64,000 bases of DNA from Alphaproteobacteria bacterium (GTDB lineage: Bacteria > Pseudomonadota > Alphaproteobacteria > UBA7985). The stretch lies in NCBI GenBank assembly GCA_965660945.1, contig CBFIBS010000001.1:63961-127960 (forward strand), in the 5' to 3' direction. Each line of letters opens with the position of its first letter. The stretch's first letter is position 1. Both the position numbers and the translations under genes were made by a program. The notes beneath the pieces are model-generated. The model worked only from the letters and a program-made list of their open reading frames with translations. It was not told the origin of the DNA and searched no databases. Positions 21,323 to 30,935 of this stretch are shown here, in pieces.

Positions 21323-22573
21323 CTAGCTGACGATTTCCGCGGTTTCGACCACCGCGTGGAACAGCACGTTGGTGCCCGCCTCCGCCCATTCCCGGGAAAT
21401 GTCCTCGGCCTCGTTGTGGCTCAGCCCGTCAACGCAGGGACACATGACCATGGCCGTCGGCGCCACGCGGTTGATCCAGCAGGCGTCGTGCCCTGCCCCG
21501 CTGACGATGTTCATGTGGCTGTAGCCCAGCCGCTCGGCGGCACGCCGCACCGCGTCGATACAGCCTTCATCGAAGGTCACGGGGTCGAAGTGTCCGACGG
21601 TCTCGACTTCCCACTCCAGCCCTAGTTCCTCGGCAATATCCGCCGTGCCGGTGCGCAGCCGCTCTTCCATATCGCCCTGAATCTCGAAATCGGGCGAGCG
21701 GAAATCGATGGTGAAGACCACACGGCCGGGGATGATGTTGCGCGAGTTAGGGTAGACGTCACATTGCCCGACCGCGCCCAGCGCGTTGGGCTGGTGGCTC
21801 ATGGCGATCTCGTGGGCGAGCTGGGTGACCTTGGCCATGCCCAGACCCGCGTTGCGCCGCATGGCCATTGGGGTCGAGCCGGTGTGCTGTTCCTTGCCGG
21901 TCAGGGTGACCTGCAGCCAGTTCAGCCCCTGCCCGTGGGTGACCACACCGATGTCCTTGCCCTCGGCTTCGAGGATCGGTCCCTGCTCGATGTGCAGTTC
22001 GAAGAAGGCGTGCATCGCGCGCGCGCCGACTTCTTCCTCGCCGACCCAACCAATGCGCTTGAGCTCGTCGCCGAACTTCAGCCCCGCCGCGTCCTCGCGG
22101 TCGTAGGCCCAGTCCTGCGTATGCAGGCCCGCGAACACGCCCGAGGACAGCATGGGCGGCGCAAACCGTGTACCTTCCTCGTTGGTCCAGTTGGTGACGA
22201 CGATCGGGTGCTTGGTCTTGATGCCCAGATCATTGAGCGTCCGCACGATTTCCAGCCCCGAGAGCACGCCCAGAACCCCGTCGTACTTGCCGCCTGTCGG
22301 CTGGGTATCGAGGTGCGAGCCCACGTAAACCGGCAGCGCGTCCGGGTCCGTGCCCGGGCGGGTGGCGAACATGTTGCCCATGGTGTCCACGCCCATGGTG
22401 CAGCCGGCTTCCTCGCACCACCGCTGAAACAGATGGCGGCCTTCGCTGTCTTCGTCCGTCAGGGTCTGGCGGTTGTTGCCGCCGGCGATGCCGGGGCCGA
22501 TCTTCGCCATCTCCATCAGGCTGTCCCACAGCCGGGATGCATTGGTTTTCAGGTTGTCGCCGGGAGCACTCAT
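21323..22573 (-). CDS. Zn-dependent N-carbamoyl-amino-acid / beta-ureidopropionate amidohydrolase (M20 / allantoate amidohydrolase family)
   Basis: M20/AmaB-type metal-ligand motifs (GSHLDT, NEEG, HxE). Sits between dihydropyrimidinase and preA. Confidence 0.8.
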   Translation of the reverse strand: MSAPGDNLKTNASRLWDSLMEMAKIGPGIAGGNNRQTLTDEDSEGRHLFQRWCEEAGCTMGVDTMGNMFATRPGTDPDALPVYVGSHLDTQPTGGKYDGVLGVLSGLEIVRTLNDLGIKTKHPIVVTNWTNEEGTRFAPPMLSSGVFAGLHTQDWAYDREDAAGLKFGDELKRIGWVGEEEVGARAMHAFFELHIEQGPILEAEGKDIGVVTHGQGLNWLQVTLTGKEQHTGSTPMAMRRNAGLGMAKVTQLAHEIAMSHQPNALGAVGQCDVYPNSRNIIPGRVVFTIDFRSPDFEIQGDMEERLRTGTADIAEELGLEWEVETVGHFDPVTFDEGCIDAVRRAAERLGYSHMNIVSGAGHDACWINRVAPTAMVMCPCVDGLSHNEAEDISREWAEAGTNVLFHAVVETAEIVS

Positions 22574-22608
22574 CGGACACTACACTTTCGTCAGTCTGCG
22601 GTCGGGGG

Positions 22609-23916
22609 TCAGCGGGCCGCAGGGTTATTGGGGTGGGTGGTCCAGTCAGCAGCCTGCGCGGCCACAGTCTGGCCGGTGCGCTCGTCCATGGCGCCTGCGG
22701 GCAGACGCTCCATGGTGATGCACTGATCGACTGGGCAGACGTTAACGCACAGGTTACAGGCCACGCACTCGTCGTCCTTGACGGTGAAGATGCGCTCGCC
22801 GTCGTCCGTGACTTCCATGGCGATGGCCTGATGGCTCGTGTCCTCGCAGGAGGCGAAGCAGCGGCCGCAGCCGATGCAGCTTTCCTGATCGATCCGTGCC
22901 TTGGTGATGTAGTTGAGGTTGAGGTTCTGCCAGTCCGACAGGTTCGGCACAGCCCGGCCAACAATCTCGGACGTGCTGGTCAGCCCCTTCTGGTCCATCC
23001 ACAGCGACAGGCCGGAAATCATTTCCTGCACGATGTGGAAGCCATAGGTCATAGCGGCGGTACAGACCTGCACATTGCCTGCCCCCAGCGACATGAACTC
23101 GGCGGCATCACGCCAGGTCGAGACCCCGCCAATGCCGGAGATCGGCAGGTTCGCCATCTCTGGCGTGCGGGCAATCTCGGCGACCATGTTCAGCGCGATC
23201 GGCTTGACCGCCGGACCGCAATAGCCTCCGTGGGCGCCGCGACCATCGATGCTTGGCTCGGGCGAGAAGTCATCCAGATCGACCGACGTGATCGACGAAA
23301 TCGTGTTGATCAGGCTAACGGCATCCGCCCCGCCCTTGAGCGCCGCCATGGCGGGCTTGCGGATGTCGGTGATGTTGGGCGTCAGCTTCACGATCACCGG
23401 CATATTCGAATACTGCTTGCACCAGGCGGCAACCATCTCAACGTATTCAGGTACCTGCCCCACGGCCGAGCCCATGCCGCGCTCGGACATGCCGTGCGGA
23501 CAGCCAAAGTTCAGCTCGATGCCGTCAGCACCGGTGTCTTCGACCCGCGGCAGGATTTCCCGCCAGGCCGACTCTTCGCAGGGTACCATGATCGACGCCA
23601 CCACAGCCCGGTCGGGGTAGTCGCGCTTGACCCGGCGGATTTCATCGAGGTTGGTCTGCAGCGGCCGGTCGGTGATCAGCTCAATATTGTTAAGCCCGAG
23701 CAGGCGCCGGTCTGCGCCCCAGATCGCGCCGTAGCGCGGGCCGTTGACGTTGACGATCGGCGGGCCTTCTTCGCCCAGGGTCTTCCAGACCACGCCGCCC
23801 CAACCGGCCTCGAAGGCGCGGCGGACGTTGTATTCCTTGTCTGTTGGCGGCGCTGAGGCCAGCCAGAACGGGTTGGGAGATTTGATGCCAATGAAATCAG
23901 AAGTCAGGTCGGCCAT
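22609..23916 (-). CDS. preA: NAD-dependent dihydropyrimidine dehydrogenase subunit PreA (DHOD-like domain plus 2x4Fe-4S)
   Basis: TIM-barrel flavin domain plus C-terminal ferredoxin motifs CIGCGRC and CVACNLC. Confidence 0.85.
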   Translation of the reverse strand: MADLTSDFIGIKSPNPFWLASAPPTDKEYNVRRAFEAGWGGVVWKTLGEEGPPIVNVNGPRYGAIWGADRRLLGLNNIELITDRPLQTNLDEIRRVKRDYPDRAVVASIMVPCEESAWREILPRVEDTGADGIELNFGCPHGMSERGMGSAVGQVPEYVEMVAAWCKQYSNMPVIVKLTPNITDIRKPAMAALKGGADAVSLINTISSITSVDLDDFSPEPSIDGRGAHGGYCGPAVKPIALNMVAEIARTPEMANLPISGIGGVSTWRDAAEFMSLGAGNVQVCTAAMTYGFHIVQEMISGLSLWMDQKGLTSTSEIVGRAVPNLSDWQNLNLNYITKARIDQESCIGCGRCFASCEDTSHQAIAMEVTDDGERIFTVKDDECVACNLCVNVCPVDQCITMERLPAGAMDERTGQTVAAQAADWTTHPNNPAAR

Positions 23917-23918
23917 GG

Positions 23919-25256
23919 TCAGGCTCCTCCCATCATCGATGCGTGAATATCTTCAGCCGCGTCCCGGCCTTGCGCTACCGCGGTCACGGTCAGGTCGTCT
24001 CCGCCCGTGGCGCAGTCGCCGCCGGCCCAGACGCCCTCGAGGCTGGTGCGCCCGCTATCGTCAATTTCGATCTTGCCACCGCTGAGCTTGAGCCCACCGG
24101 CGATCCCTTCGACCAGCGTCTGGCCGATGGCCGTGAACACCTGATCGGCGGACAGCGTGAAGCCTTCTTCGCTCAGGCTGAGGCCAGCCTCACCGCTGAC
24201 GGTGTAGGCAAAACGCACGCCTTCGCCGTCGACCTCGGTCGGGGCCGCGTTGGTGATGATGCGGACACCGTTGGCGGCCGCGTGGTCCTGCTCGTGCACC
24301 GAAGCGCTCATCCGGTCCTTGCCACGACGGTAGACAATGGTGGATTCTTCTGCCCCGAGCAGCTTGGCCTGCACCGCTGCGTCAACGGCTGTCATGCCGC
24401 CACCGATAACCACCACACGGCGACCGATGGGCAGCGCGCTCAGGTTATCGGCCTGCCGCAGCTCCTCGATGAAATGGGTCGCGGGGATAACGCTGTTGTC
24501 GTTCTCACCCTTGGCCCCCAGCGCGTTCACGCCGCCCAGCCCGATGGACAGGAATACGGCGTCAAAGCAATCTGTCAGGCTCTCGACCGTCAGTTCGTCA
24601 CCCAGAGCCCGGCCGTTCTCGACCGTGATCCCGCCAATGCCGAGCAGCCAGTTCAGCTCGGACTGCGCAAAACCGTCGACGGTCTTGTAAGCAGCGATCC
24701 CGTACTCGTTGAGGCCACCGGCCTTGGGCCGGGCTTCGTAGAGCGTGACGCTGTGCCCGTGCATGGCCAGCCGGTGCGCAGCTGCAAGGCCCGCTGGACC
24801 CGCGCCGACGACGGCGACGTGCTTACCGGTTTCCGCGGCACGCGTGTAGGGGTGCTCGGGCCGGGCCATCAGCGTGTCGGTTGCAAAGCGCTGCAGCGCA
24901 CCGATTTCAACCGGCTTCTGCTCGGCCTTCTCCCGCACGCAGGCCTGCTCGCACAGGGTTTCCGTCGGACACACCCGAGCGCACATCCCGCCAAGGATGT
25001 TGCTGTCGAAAATGGTCTTGGCCGCCGCTTCGGGGGTCCCGGTCGCGATTTGGCGGATGAACAGTGGGATATCGATTTCCGTGGGACAGGCTGTGATACA
25101 CGGCGCGTCGTAGCAGAAATAGCAGCGATCGGCCGCAACACGGGCTTCGTGAAGGTCTAAAGCGGGGTGCACGTCACAGAAATTGTCGCTCAAAGTCTCG
25201 GGATCGAGCCGTCCTGCAACAATGCCGTCCTGATAAATGGGTGGCAAAGCAGTCAT
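23919..25256 (-). CDS. preT: NAD-dependent dihydropyrimidine dehydrogenase subunit PreT (GltD-like)
   Basis: GltD-like layout: N-terminal Fe-S Cys cluster (CYFCYDAPCITACP) and Rossmann motifs GAGPAGL and GGGMTAVD. Confidence 0.85.
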   Translation of the reverse strand: MTALPPIYQDGIVAGRLDPETLSDNFCDVHPALDLHEARVAADRCYFCYDAPCITACPTEIDIPLFIRQIATGTPEAAAKTIFDSNILGGMCARVCPTETLCEQACVREKAEQKPVEIGALQRFATDTLMARPEHPYTRAAETGKHVAVVGAGPAGLAAAHRLAMHGHSVTLYEARPKAGGLNEYGIAAYKTVDGFAQSELNWLLGIGGITVENGRALGDELTVESLTDCFDAVFLSIGLGGVNALGAKGENDNSVIPATHFIEELRQADNLSALPIGRRVVVIGGGMTAVDAAVQAKLLGAEESTIVYRRGKDRMSASVHEQDHAAANGVRIITNAAPTEVDGEGVRFAYTVSGEAGLSLSEEGFTLSADQVFTAIGQTLVEGIAGGLKLSGGKIEIDDSGRTSLEGVWAGGDCATGGDDLTVTAVAQGRDAAEDIHASMMGGA

Positions 25257-25552
25257 GGTCTTGTCAACGCTGTCAGTTGTCTCTCTCTGGACGCAAGGCT
25301 GTCATGTCGAGAACAATCAGGCAAGACCCTTTGTTTTAACGAGACATTTGGCGCCATTTCACAGGCACTTGCGCGAAAAACTGCTTCAAAATTGGACATG
25401 CGAGGGATTTCAGCCCAGTTTGATTCTGCAACGGTAAGGGACCGGCCAAGAACGAAGTGGCGTGCCTGCATGGCCGAAAACACGCCACGCGATCAGGGTC
25501 GCCGTGCCGCAGGCCGGACCGCTGGAAACCGGTGTGCTTTGCCGGTAGGCTG

Positions 25553-26296
25553 ATGGGAATTGGATCGGGGGATACAAAGGTGCAAACAGTCTTCGACCAT
25601 CTCAAGGAAATGCGAAATCTGCAGGTGCTGATGCCCTTCCTGCTGCTGGGCTGGGCGGTGGTGCTCTTCGCCTTCAGCCCCTGGATGCTCCTGGCCATCC
25701 TCTGGGGGGCTTTGCTGCAGTTCCTGTTCGAATACATCCTGCACCGCTTTGCCTACCACGGCCCCCCGCCGACCGATCAGGGGGCCTTCTCGAAACTCTA
25801 CCGCACCCACCTCGCCCACCACGAGTTTCCGGCTGACCCGCGGTTTTTTGCCGGTGACGCGCCCTGGTTCGGGGTTCGGGTCGCGGCGATAGTGGTGCTG
25901 CTCCACACACTGGCGCTATGGCCGCTGGTGGGCTTGGATCTGGCGGCCCGTCTGGCGTGCAGCGCGACCTTCGTCGGCGGCATCGGCGCCTACATCTTCT
26001 ATGAGTACTGCCACACGCTGGCGCACCTGAGCATTCCAAAGGGGCGCTTCGGCACATGGGTCACTCGTACCCACCTCGCCCATCATTTTCAGGACCATCA
26101 CGCGACCTTCCACGTCAGCGCGGGCATGGGCTGGATCGACCGGTTGCTGGGAACGGCCTTCGACAAGGCGCGGGCCCGGTCGCGTTACGATGCTGCGACC
26201 CACCAGACCGTCGGCCTGCAGCCCGACGACCCTCGCCTTGTTGCGGCGAGGGATGAACTGGGCCTGCCCCAGCACCAAAGCCGGCAGAAGGGCTGA
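25553..26296 (+). CDS. fatty acid hydroxylase superfamily (sterol desaturase-like) membrane protein
   Basis: Three His boxes (HRFAYH, HLAHHE, HLAHH) and hydrophobic segments. Start uncertain (Met33 at 25553 or Met52 at 25610). Confidence 0.6.
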   Translation: MGIGSGDTKVQTVFDHLKEMRNLQVLMPFLLLGWAVVLFAFSPWMLLAILWGALLQFLFEYILHRFAYHGPPPTDQGAFSKLYRTHLAHHEFPADPRFFAGDAPWFGVRVAAIVVLLHTLALWPLVGLDLAARLACSATFVGGIGAYIFYEYCHTLAHLSIPKGRFGTWVTRTHLAHHFQDHHATFHVSAGMGWIDRLLGTAFDKARARSRYDAATHQTVGLQPDDPRLVAARDELGLPQHQSRQKG

Positions 26297-26369
26297 AATC
26301 CGGTTGTCAGGCTGTATTCGAGCCGCTACACCTCGCGCTGCCCCGCGCGAACGCGACGGGCACAGGTTT

Positions 26370-26460
26370 GGAGGGATGGCTGAGCGGCTTAAGGCGGCGG
26401 TCTTGAAAACCGTTGTGGGCTGATACCCCACCGTGGGTTCGAATCCCACTCCCTCCGCCA
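26370..26460 (+). tRNA. tRNA-Ser (anticodon UGA)
   Basis: 91-nt cloverleaf: acceptor GGAGGGA/TCCCTCC, anticodon loop CTTGAAA, long variable arm, T-loop GGTTCGAATCC, 3' GCCA. Confidence 0.85.
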
Positions 26461-26591
26461 TCTGACTCAGCTCAGCTTGATTAGGCCGAAAAACATCGAC
26501 ACTCCAGTTACTTACCTTCTCCGCAGCCCTCTTGCGTTTTTGCATTCTTGTACCCACTTCCGGACCAAACTTCACGTCCGAGTAGTACTCG

Positions 26592-26861
26592 GTGGGCCAG
26601 CACAGAACAGTAACCCCAAAGCTTGCAGGCAGAGCCTGGAAAATCCGTCTTGTGGTTCCACAAGATTGTCGCAAGCACTTCGGTAAATCCGAGATCAAGT
26701 TATCCAAGCGTAATCTCAACCCAGCCCAGGCCAAGAAATGGGCGAGCGTATTTGGCGCTGCGCGAGTAAGCAAAGATCGAGAGCTCATTCGGTGGGGCAG
26801 CCCACGCACCAGGCTCTCACTGCTCCTTCAAGCTGCGGCGCTTGCCGCCGCACGGTTTTAA
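26592..26861 (+). pseudogene. remnant of a tyrosine-integrase N-terminal (arm-binding) domain
   Basis: About 90-aa ORF 130 bp after the tRNA with the pattern W.IRLVVP.D.....GKSEIK.S....N...A, typical of island-integrase N-termini. No catalytic domain follows. Lower GC. Confidence 0.4.
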
Positions 26862-26900
26862 CCAAAGTTGCAAGACGCTGATTGACCCTGGAACCAATGA

Positions 26901-27215
26901 TTGTTCTCTCGGGCATCACTCTTTCGTGTGCAGACGTCGCCTACTATGGACATCGCCAACGACATCCTGTTTTCACTGTCGTCACGCGCGGAGGCGGGCC
27001 ATGCGTGGCACCACTCCGACGAGGTGCTGTTCAACATTGTAAAATTTGGCCCTGTTTTTTACACGCCCGGCTACTCAGGAAAGATGCCTGCCTATGAAGC
27101 TCTTCTGGAGGATCGCGATATCACAGCGGTGAACTCTTGGATTGCCTCTACTTGGCCGACTGACATCCTGCTGGCTCAGCAGGAACGAACGCTTGCTTCC
27201 GAACAACTACAATAA
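26901..27215 (+). pseudogene. degenerate cytochrome-c-like fragment
   Basis: C-terminal part resembles class I cytochrome c (GKMPAY...AVNSWIASTWP) but no CxxCH is in frame. A neighbouring frame carries a possible disrupted N-terminus. Confidence 0.3.
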
Positions 27216-27230
27216 AGGCAGGATTACTTC

Positions 27231-27644
27231 ATGAAATCCATTCTCTCCGCACTTGCACTTCTGATGGCTGCTGCCGCAACTGCTGCCGCTCACTCGAAAA
27301 TGTCAGGCAGCACACCTCCTTCCGGCGACACCGTTGAAGTTGGCCTTGAAACGCTCTCGCTTACCTTTGATCGAAAGGTTCGTCTGACCCTCCTGAACAT
27401 GCACAAAGCCCCCGAAGGGCTGGACCTCGAAGCCATCATGGCATCAATGAGCGAGAATGCGGATCAAACTATCGAAGGGCAAAGGGCAGTGGAGATCACG
27501 TCGGACATCCCCAAGAGCTTTGTGGATGAAGCCTCGATCAATTTCGATGGGTTAGGGACAGGCGTCTACATGGTGCACTGGATTGCCGTTGCGATGGACG
27601 GGCACACGATGGAAGGCGATGTTCACTTCGCTGTCAGCGAATAA
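27231..27644 (+). CDS. copC: CopC-family periplasmic copper-binding protein
   Basis: Signal peptide followed by a mature N-terminal His (AAA/HSKMSGSTP) and a CopC beta-sandwich-like sequence with a Met-rich segment. Confidence 0.75.
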   Translation: MKSILSALALLMAAAATAAAHSKMSGSTPPSGDTVEVGLETLSLTFDRKVRLTLLNMHKAPEGLDLEAIMASMSENADQTIEGQRAVEITSDIPKSFVDEASINFDGLGTGVYMVHWIAVAMDGHTMEGDVHFAVSE

Positions 27645-27659
27645 GCTGAGAACCGTGCA

Positions 27660-28469
27660 GTGGAATATTTAGCCCCACTCCTGCGGCTGTTTCTTTACGG
27701 AGCAACGGTTCTCATCGCTGGATCTATCGCTCTGCGTACCACTCTCTCTGTCCCGATGGGCAGCCCGTTTAACAAGCGGTTGATGGTGCAAATTGGCTTG
27801 GGTTCGGCGGTCATTCTGAGCGTCGCACTCGCAATGGTCCTCCAGTTTCTGCTCACCATATCGGGCGGTGATTTGAGCATGGCGCTCTCGCCAGACTTCC
27901 TGGTTATCGCCGCACAAACCGCAGTTGGTCAGGCTGCGGTTTTGCGGATTGGTGCCGTTCTTGTCCTCGTCCTTTGTATCTTGGCGCCCTGGCGCTGGCT
28001 GGCGCTTCTGCCTGCTATTGCTGTGCTGATCAGTTTTGGGTTGGAGGGCCATAGTCTGAGCTACGGGCCTCGATGGCTGACATCTTCGCTGGTGGTGGTG
28101 CATGTCGCTATCGCGGCATGGTGGCTCTCGGTAATCGCACCTCTGCTCACTGTGTCCCGCGAAGAAAGAGACCGCTATGGCGAGGCCTTTGGCCGCCAGG
28201 CTGTCATTGCTGTCCCTGTCCTGCTCGTGGCCGGAAGTCTGCTCTTCGGTGTGTTTACGGGCTGGCAAATAGACTTCAGCCAAGACTACCAGCGGCGCAT
28301 GCTGATAAAGATCGTTGCGGTTGCAGTCATTCTCTCCATAGCCGCTGCGAATAAACTCTTTTTCACTGGGCGGCCGGGATTTATTTGGGCCCTGAGGGTA
28401 GAGGCCGTCGTAGCTCTGGGCTTGCTGGCTCTTACAGCCTTCCTGACGGCAACCGGACCCAAAATGTAA
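27660..28469 (+). CDS. copD: CopD-family copper resistance/transport membrane protein
   Basis: 269-aa polytopic membrane protein immediately after copC, with conserved His in the transmembrane helices. Confidence 0.75.
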   Translation: MEYLAPLLRLFLYGATVLIAGSIALRTTLSVPMGSPFNKRLMVQIGLGSAVILSVALAMVLQFLLTISGGDLSMALSPDFLVIAAQTAVGQAAVLRIGAVLVLVLCILAPWRWLALLPAIAVLISFGLEGHSLSYGPRWLTSSLVVVHVAIAAWWLSVIAPLLTVSREERDRYGEAFGRQAVIAVPVLLVAGSLLFGVFTGWQIDFSQDYQRRMLIKIVAVAVILSIAAANKLFFTGRPGFIWALRVEAVVALGLLALTAFLTATGPKM

Positions 28470-28848
28470 AGGGACTTTAGTGACACTCTAACGGATCCTT
28501 CTCGGCCAAATTCTTCTTTGGAGGCAACAGCAATCCAGTAGAACCTATTCCCAAAAATCTGCGTGCACAGAGGCGTCCACGGGTCTTCGAAATAGCGGCT
28601 ACCCTCGGCGTTTCTGCGGGACTGGGGAGGGGTGTTGGGCCAATGGAGCCAGGACTGGGATAAGTTGGGAAATTTGTTTGACTGATCAAGGAAGAGTAAG
28701 AGTTAGAGTAAGACTAGACTGGCGGACTGACCCCGGTACCATGTACCGTCAAGGATAGCTTGGCGATTGCTCCAGTCCTCACTATGCTGCGCTGTGATAT
28801 CTATAGGGTGCTCGATCGTGATGCACACTTGGATGAAGGAGCTCAACC

Positions 28849-29127
28849 GTGAGAACGATCAAGTTCATCGCAGCACTACTGATTGGCAGCTGTCTGATGG
28901 TCGTTATGACCCTTGGGCTAGCTGGAATCATCAATCAGTTCAGATTTACCGACGAATGGATCAACGCCAAATGGGTTGCGGTTCCGCTTGTTTCGCTCTT
29001 CATCATAATGGTTATTGGCTTCCGGCTTCCCAGTTCACCGTGGCGACTAGGGTTTCTACTGGGACCAATCGTACCGATCGCGGCCTTCGGCATTTTCTTC
29101 ATTTGGCTGGACAGCATCTACTCCTAG
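28849..29127 (+). CDS. small hypothetical membrane protein (92 aa, 3 predicted TM helices)
   Basis: GTG start 8 nt after AAGGAG; strongly hydrophobic. Located in the low-GC island segment. Confidence 0.35.
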   Translation: MRTIKFIAALLIGSCLMVVMTLGLAGIINQFRFTDEWINAKWVAVPLVSLFIIMVIGFRLPSSPWRLGFLLGPIVPIAAFGIFFIWLDSIYS

Positions 29128-29478
29128 TCGATGGGCAGGGCGTGAACCCGCCTCCAACGGAGAGTGTAGAGGTCTAACTCGATCGCCGACCGCAAGAGTC
29201 GACCGGGAACCCAAGGGAAAAATCTGGGACACCTAGGTGGGACTGTCGCTGTTTGCGGGGCGCTTCGTGCACGATATGCACCATTGTTTCGCGGGCACAC
29301 CGCCAGAAGCCATGTGGCAGTGCGAAAAACCTGCACCCGGGGCCCTGCCTGGCGTGAGACAGAAACGCGTGAAAATCAGATTGTGTGCATCGGCGCCAGC
29401 GGCTTGATCGATCCGGCTGAGCTGAAACGGAACCTGCTGGCTTGCCTGCATCAGGACAGCGACGCTGGCTAGGTCACC

Positions 29479-30657
29479 CTAGCCTGCGAGCCTGACGGGC
29501 AGGTTCAGTGGACCGCGGAAGCCAAAGCCCTTCCAAACTACGTCTTCGACAGGGTCCAACCGCATGTTCGGGAAGCGCTCGAACAACAGCGGCAGCATGA
29601 TCCCCGCCAGCATCCTTCGGGCGACGTGCATGCCCTGGCAGAAGTGAGGTCCGTTGCCGAACGCCTGATGCTGCACCTTCCCACGGCCCATGTCGAATAC
29701 CTCACCATTGTCGACCAGCTCCTCGTCCCGATTGGCGGAGGCCTGAATGGTCATCACGGTTTCTCCTTTCGGGATGTCCAGACCACCGATCTCGGTGTCT
29801 TCGAGCACCAAGCGTGATGAGACCTGAATTGGGGCAACCCAGCGCACACCCTCGTCGAAGGCAGCGCCCCAGTCTTCGGTTTCCAACGCCAAGGCGCGTT
29901 GCTCAGGGTCGGAGAGCAGGCCGAAGAGGATGGTCGCCAGCGCGTCGCGGGGTTCGTTCAACCCTCCACCGATGGCGATTTTGATGTTGGAGTAAACCTG
30001 CGACATCTCGATGGGCTCAGGTGCGTTCACCATGACCGAAAGCGCACTCATGTTCGGCTCAGCGCGCAGCACAGGAACAAGCTCGTCAAACAGTGCGTTC
30101 ATCTCAGCGTTGGCCTTGTCGGTCTCCGCGAACAACGCCGGCACGCCACCATAGTTCCCTGCCCCGTTGATAAGTGTCTGGCTCCAGTAGATCATCTCTG
30201 AGTCACTTGCAGCTTCGATCCCAAGCAAGTGCGCCAGCCCGCGCGCAGCAAAGGGCGCGCACAGGACCTTGAACAGGTCGACGGTCTCACCCTTTGGCAG
30301 GCGTGCGACGTAGTCCTCTGCCACCTGTTGGTAGACCGGCATCCAGCAACCAGTGATCGCCTTGCCGCCGAAGGCAGGCTGCATGGCCGACCGCTCGCGC
30401 ATGTGCGCCTTCCCATCCTTACGCATCAGGGTGTGAGCGTTGAAAGCCCGCTGCATGGGCGTGTTCGGATCATTGGAGCTGAACAGCGCCGGGTTATCCT
30501 TGACCGTCCGGGTATGCGTGGCCTTGGTCAGCATGGTGCGCCCGACCGCCTGCACGCGCAGCACGGGGCTTTCACGCCGCAGCCGCTTATAGATTGGATA
30601 GGGATCATTGGTCAGTGCGGCGATACTGATTTCAGTGTCCAGCGGCGCTAAAGCCAT
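29479..30657 (-). CDS. cytochrome P450
   Basis: Heme-binding loop FGNGPHFCQGMHVARR, the ExxR motif and an I-helix threonine region. Confidence 0.85.
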   Translation of the reverse strand: MALAPLDTEISIAALTNDPYPIYKRLRRESPVLRVQAVGRTMLTKATHTRTVKDNPALFSSNDPNTPMQRAFNAHTLMRKDGKAHMRERSAMQPAFGGKAITGCWMPVYQQVAEDYVARLPKGETVDLFKVLCAPFAARGLAHLLGIEAASDSEMIYWSQTLINGAGNYGGVPALFAETDKANAEMNALFDELVPVLRAEPNMSALSVMVNAPEPIEMSQVYSNIKIAIGGGLNEPRDALATILFGLLSDPEQRALALETEDWGAAFDEGVRWVAPIQVSSRLVLEDTEIGGLDIPKGETVMTIQASANRDEELVDNGEVFDMGRGKVQHQAFGNGPHFCQGMHVARRMLAGIMLPLLFERFPNMRLDPVEDVVWKGFGFRGPLNLPVRLAG

Positions 30658-30935
30658 GGCCTCTTTCCTTCGGTGAAAATGGGCATTCCTGAAGGCAGTC
30701 TAAAACCAACGCACTGAATTCCACAAATGCCGCTTCCCTGAAGGCCAGCTTCAGTAGCCTTCACAGCCTTATGTCGGCTGCTGCTTCTATATTTCAGTTT
30801 TTCAGTAAAATTCGAACATTTTACCAGACTCTTTATGCGATCAATTAAGAGTATTACTTGATCGAATTTCGCCAATCTCAATAACTCTTAATTAATACAT
30901 GCTGCTTAGTTTGATCTGGGTTGGGTCAGTCCAAA

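Noticed and set aside
20318-25160. Several 300-440-aa plus-strand ORFs opposite dihydropyrimidinase, the amidohydrolase, preA and preT
   Set aside because: All antisense to enzymes with unambiguous motifs; Arg/Gly/His-rich translations.
28470-28848. 380-bp non-coding stretch with AGAGTAAGA direct repeats inside the island
   Set aside because: Only two short repeat copies and no array structure or convincing secondary structure. Kept as part of the island description, not called as an element.
29467-29484. Hairpin GGCTAGG-tcac-CCTAGCC overlapping the P450 stop codon
   Set aside because: No U-tract follows on the minus strand; it is probably not a functional intrinsic terminator.
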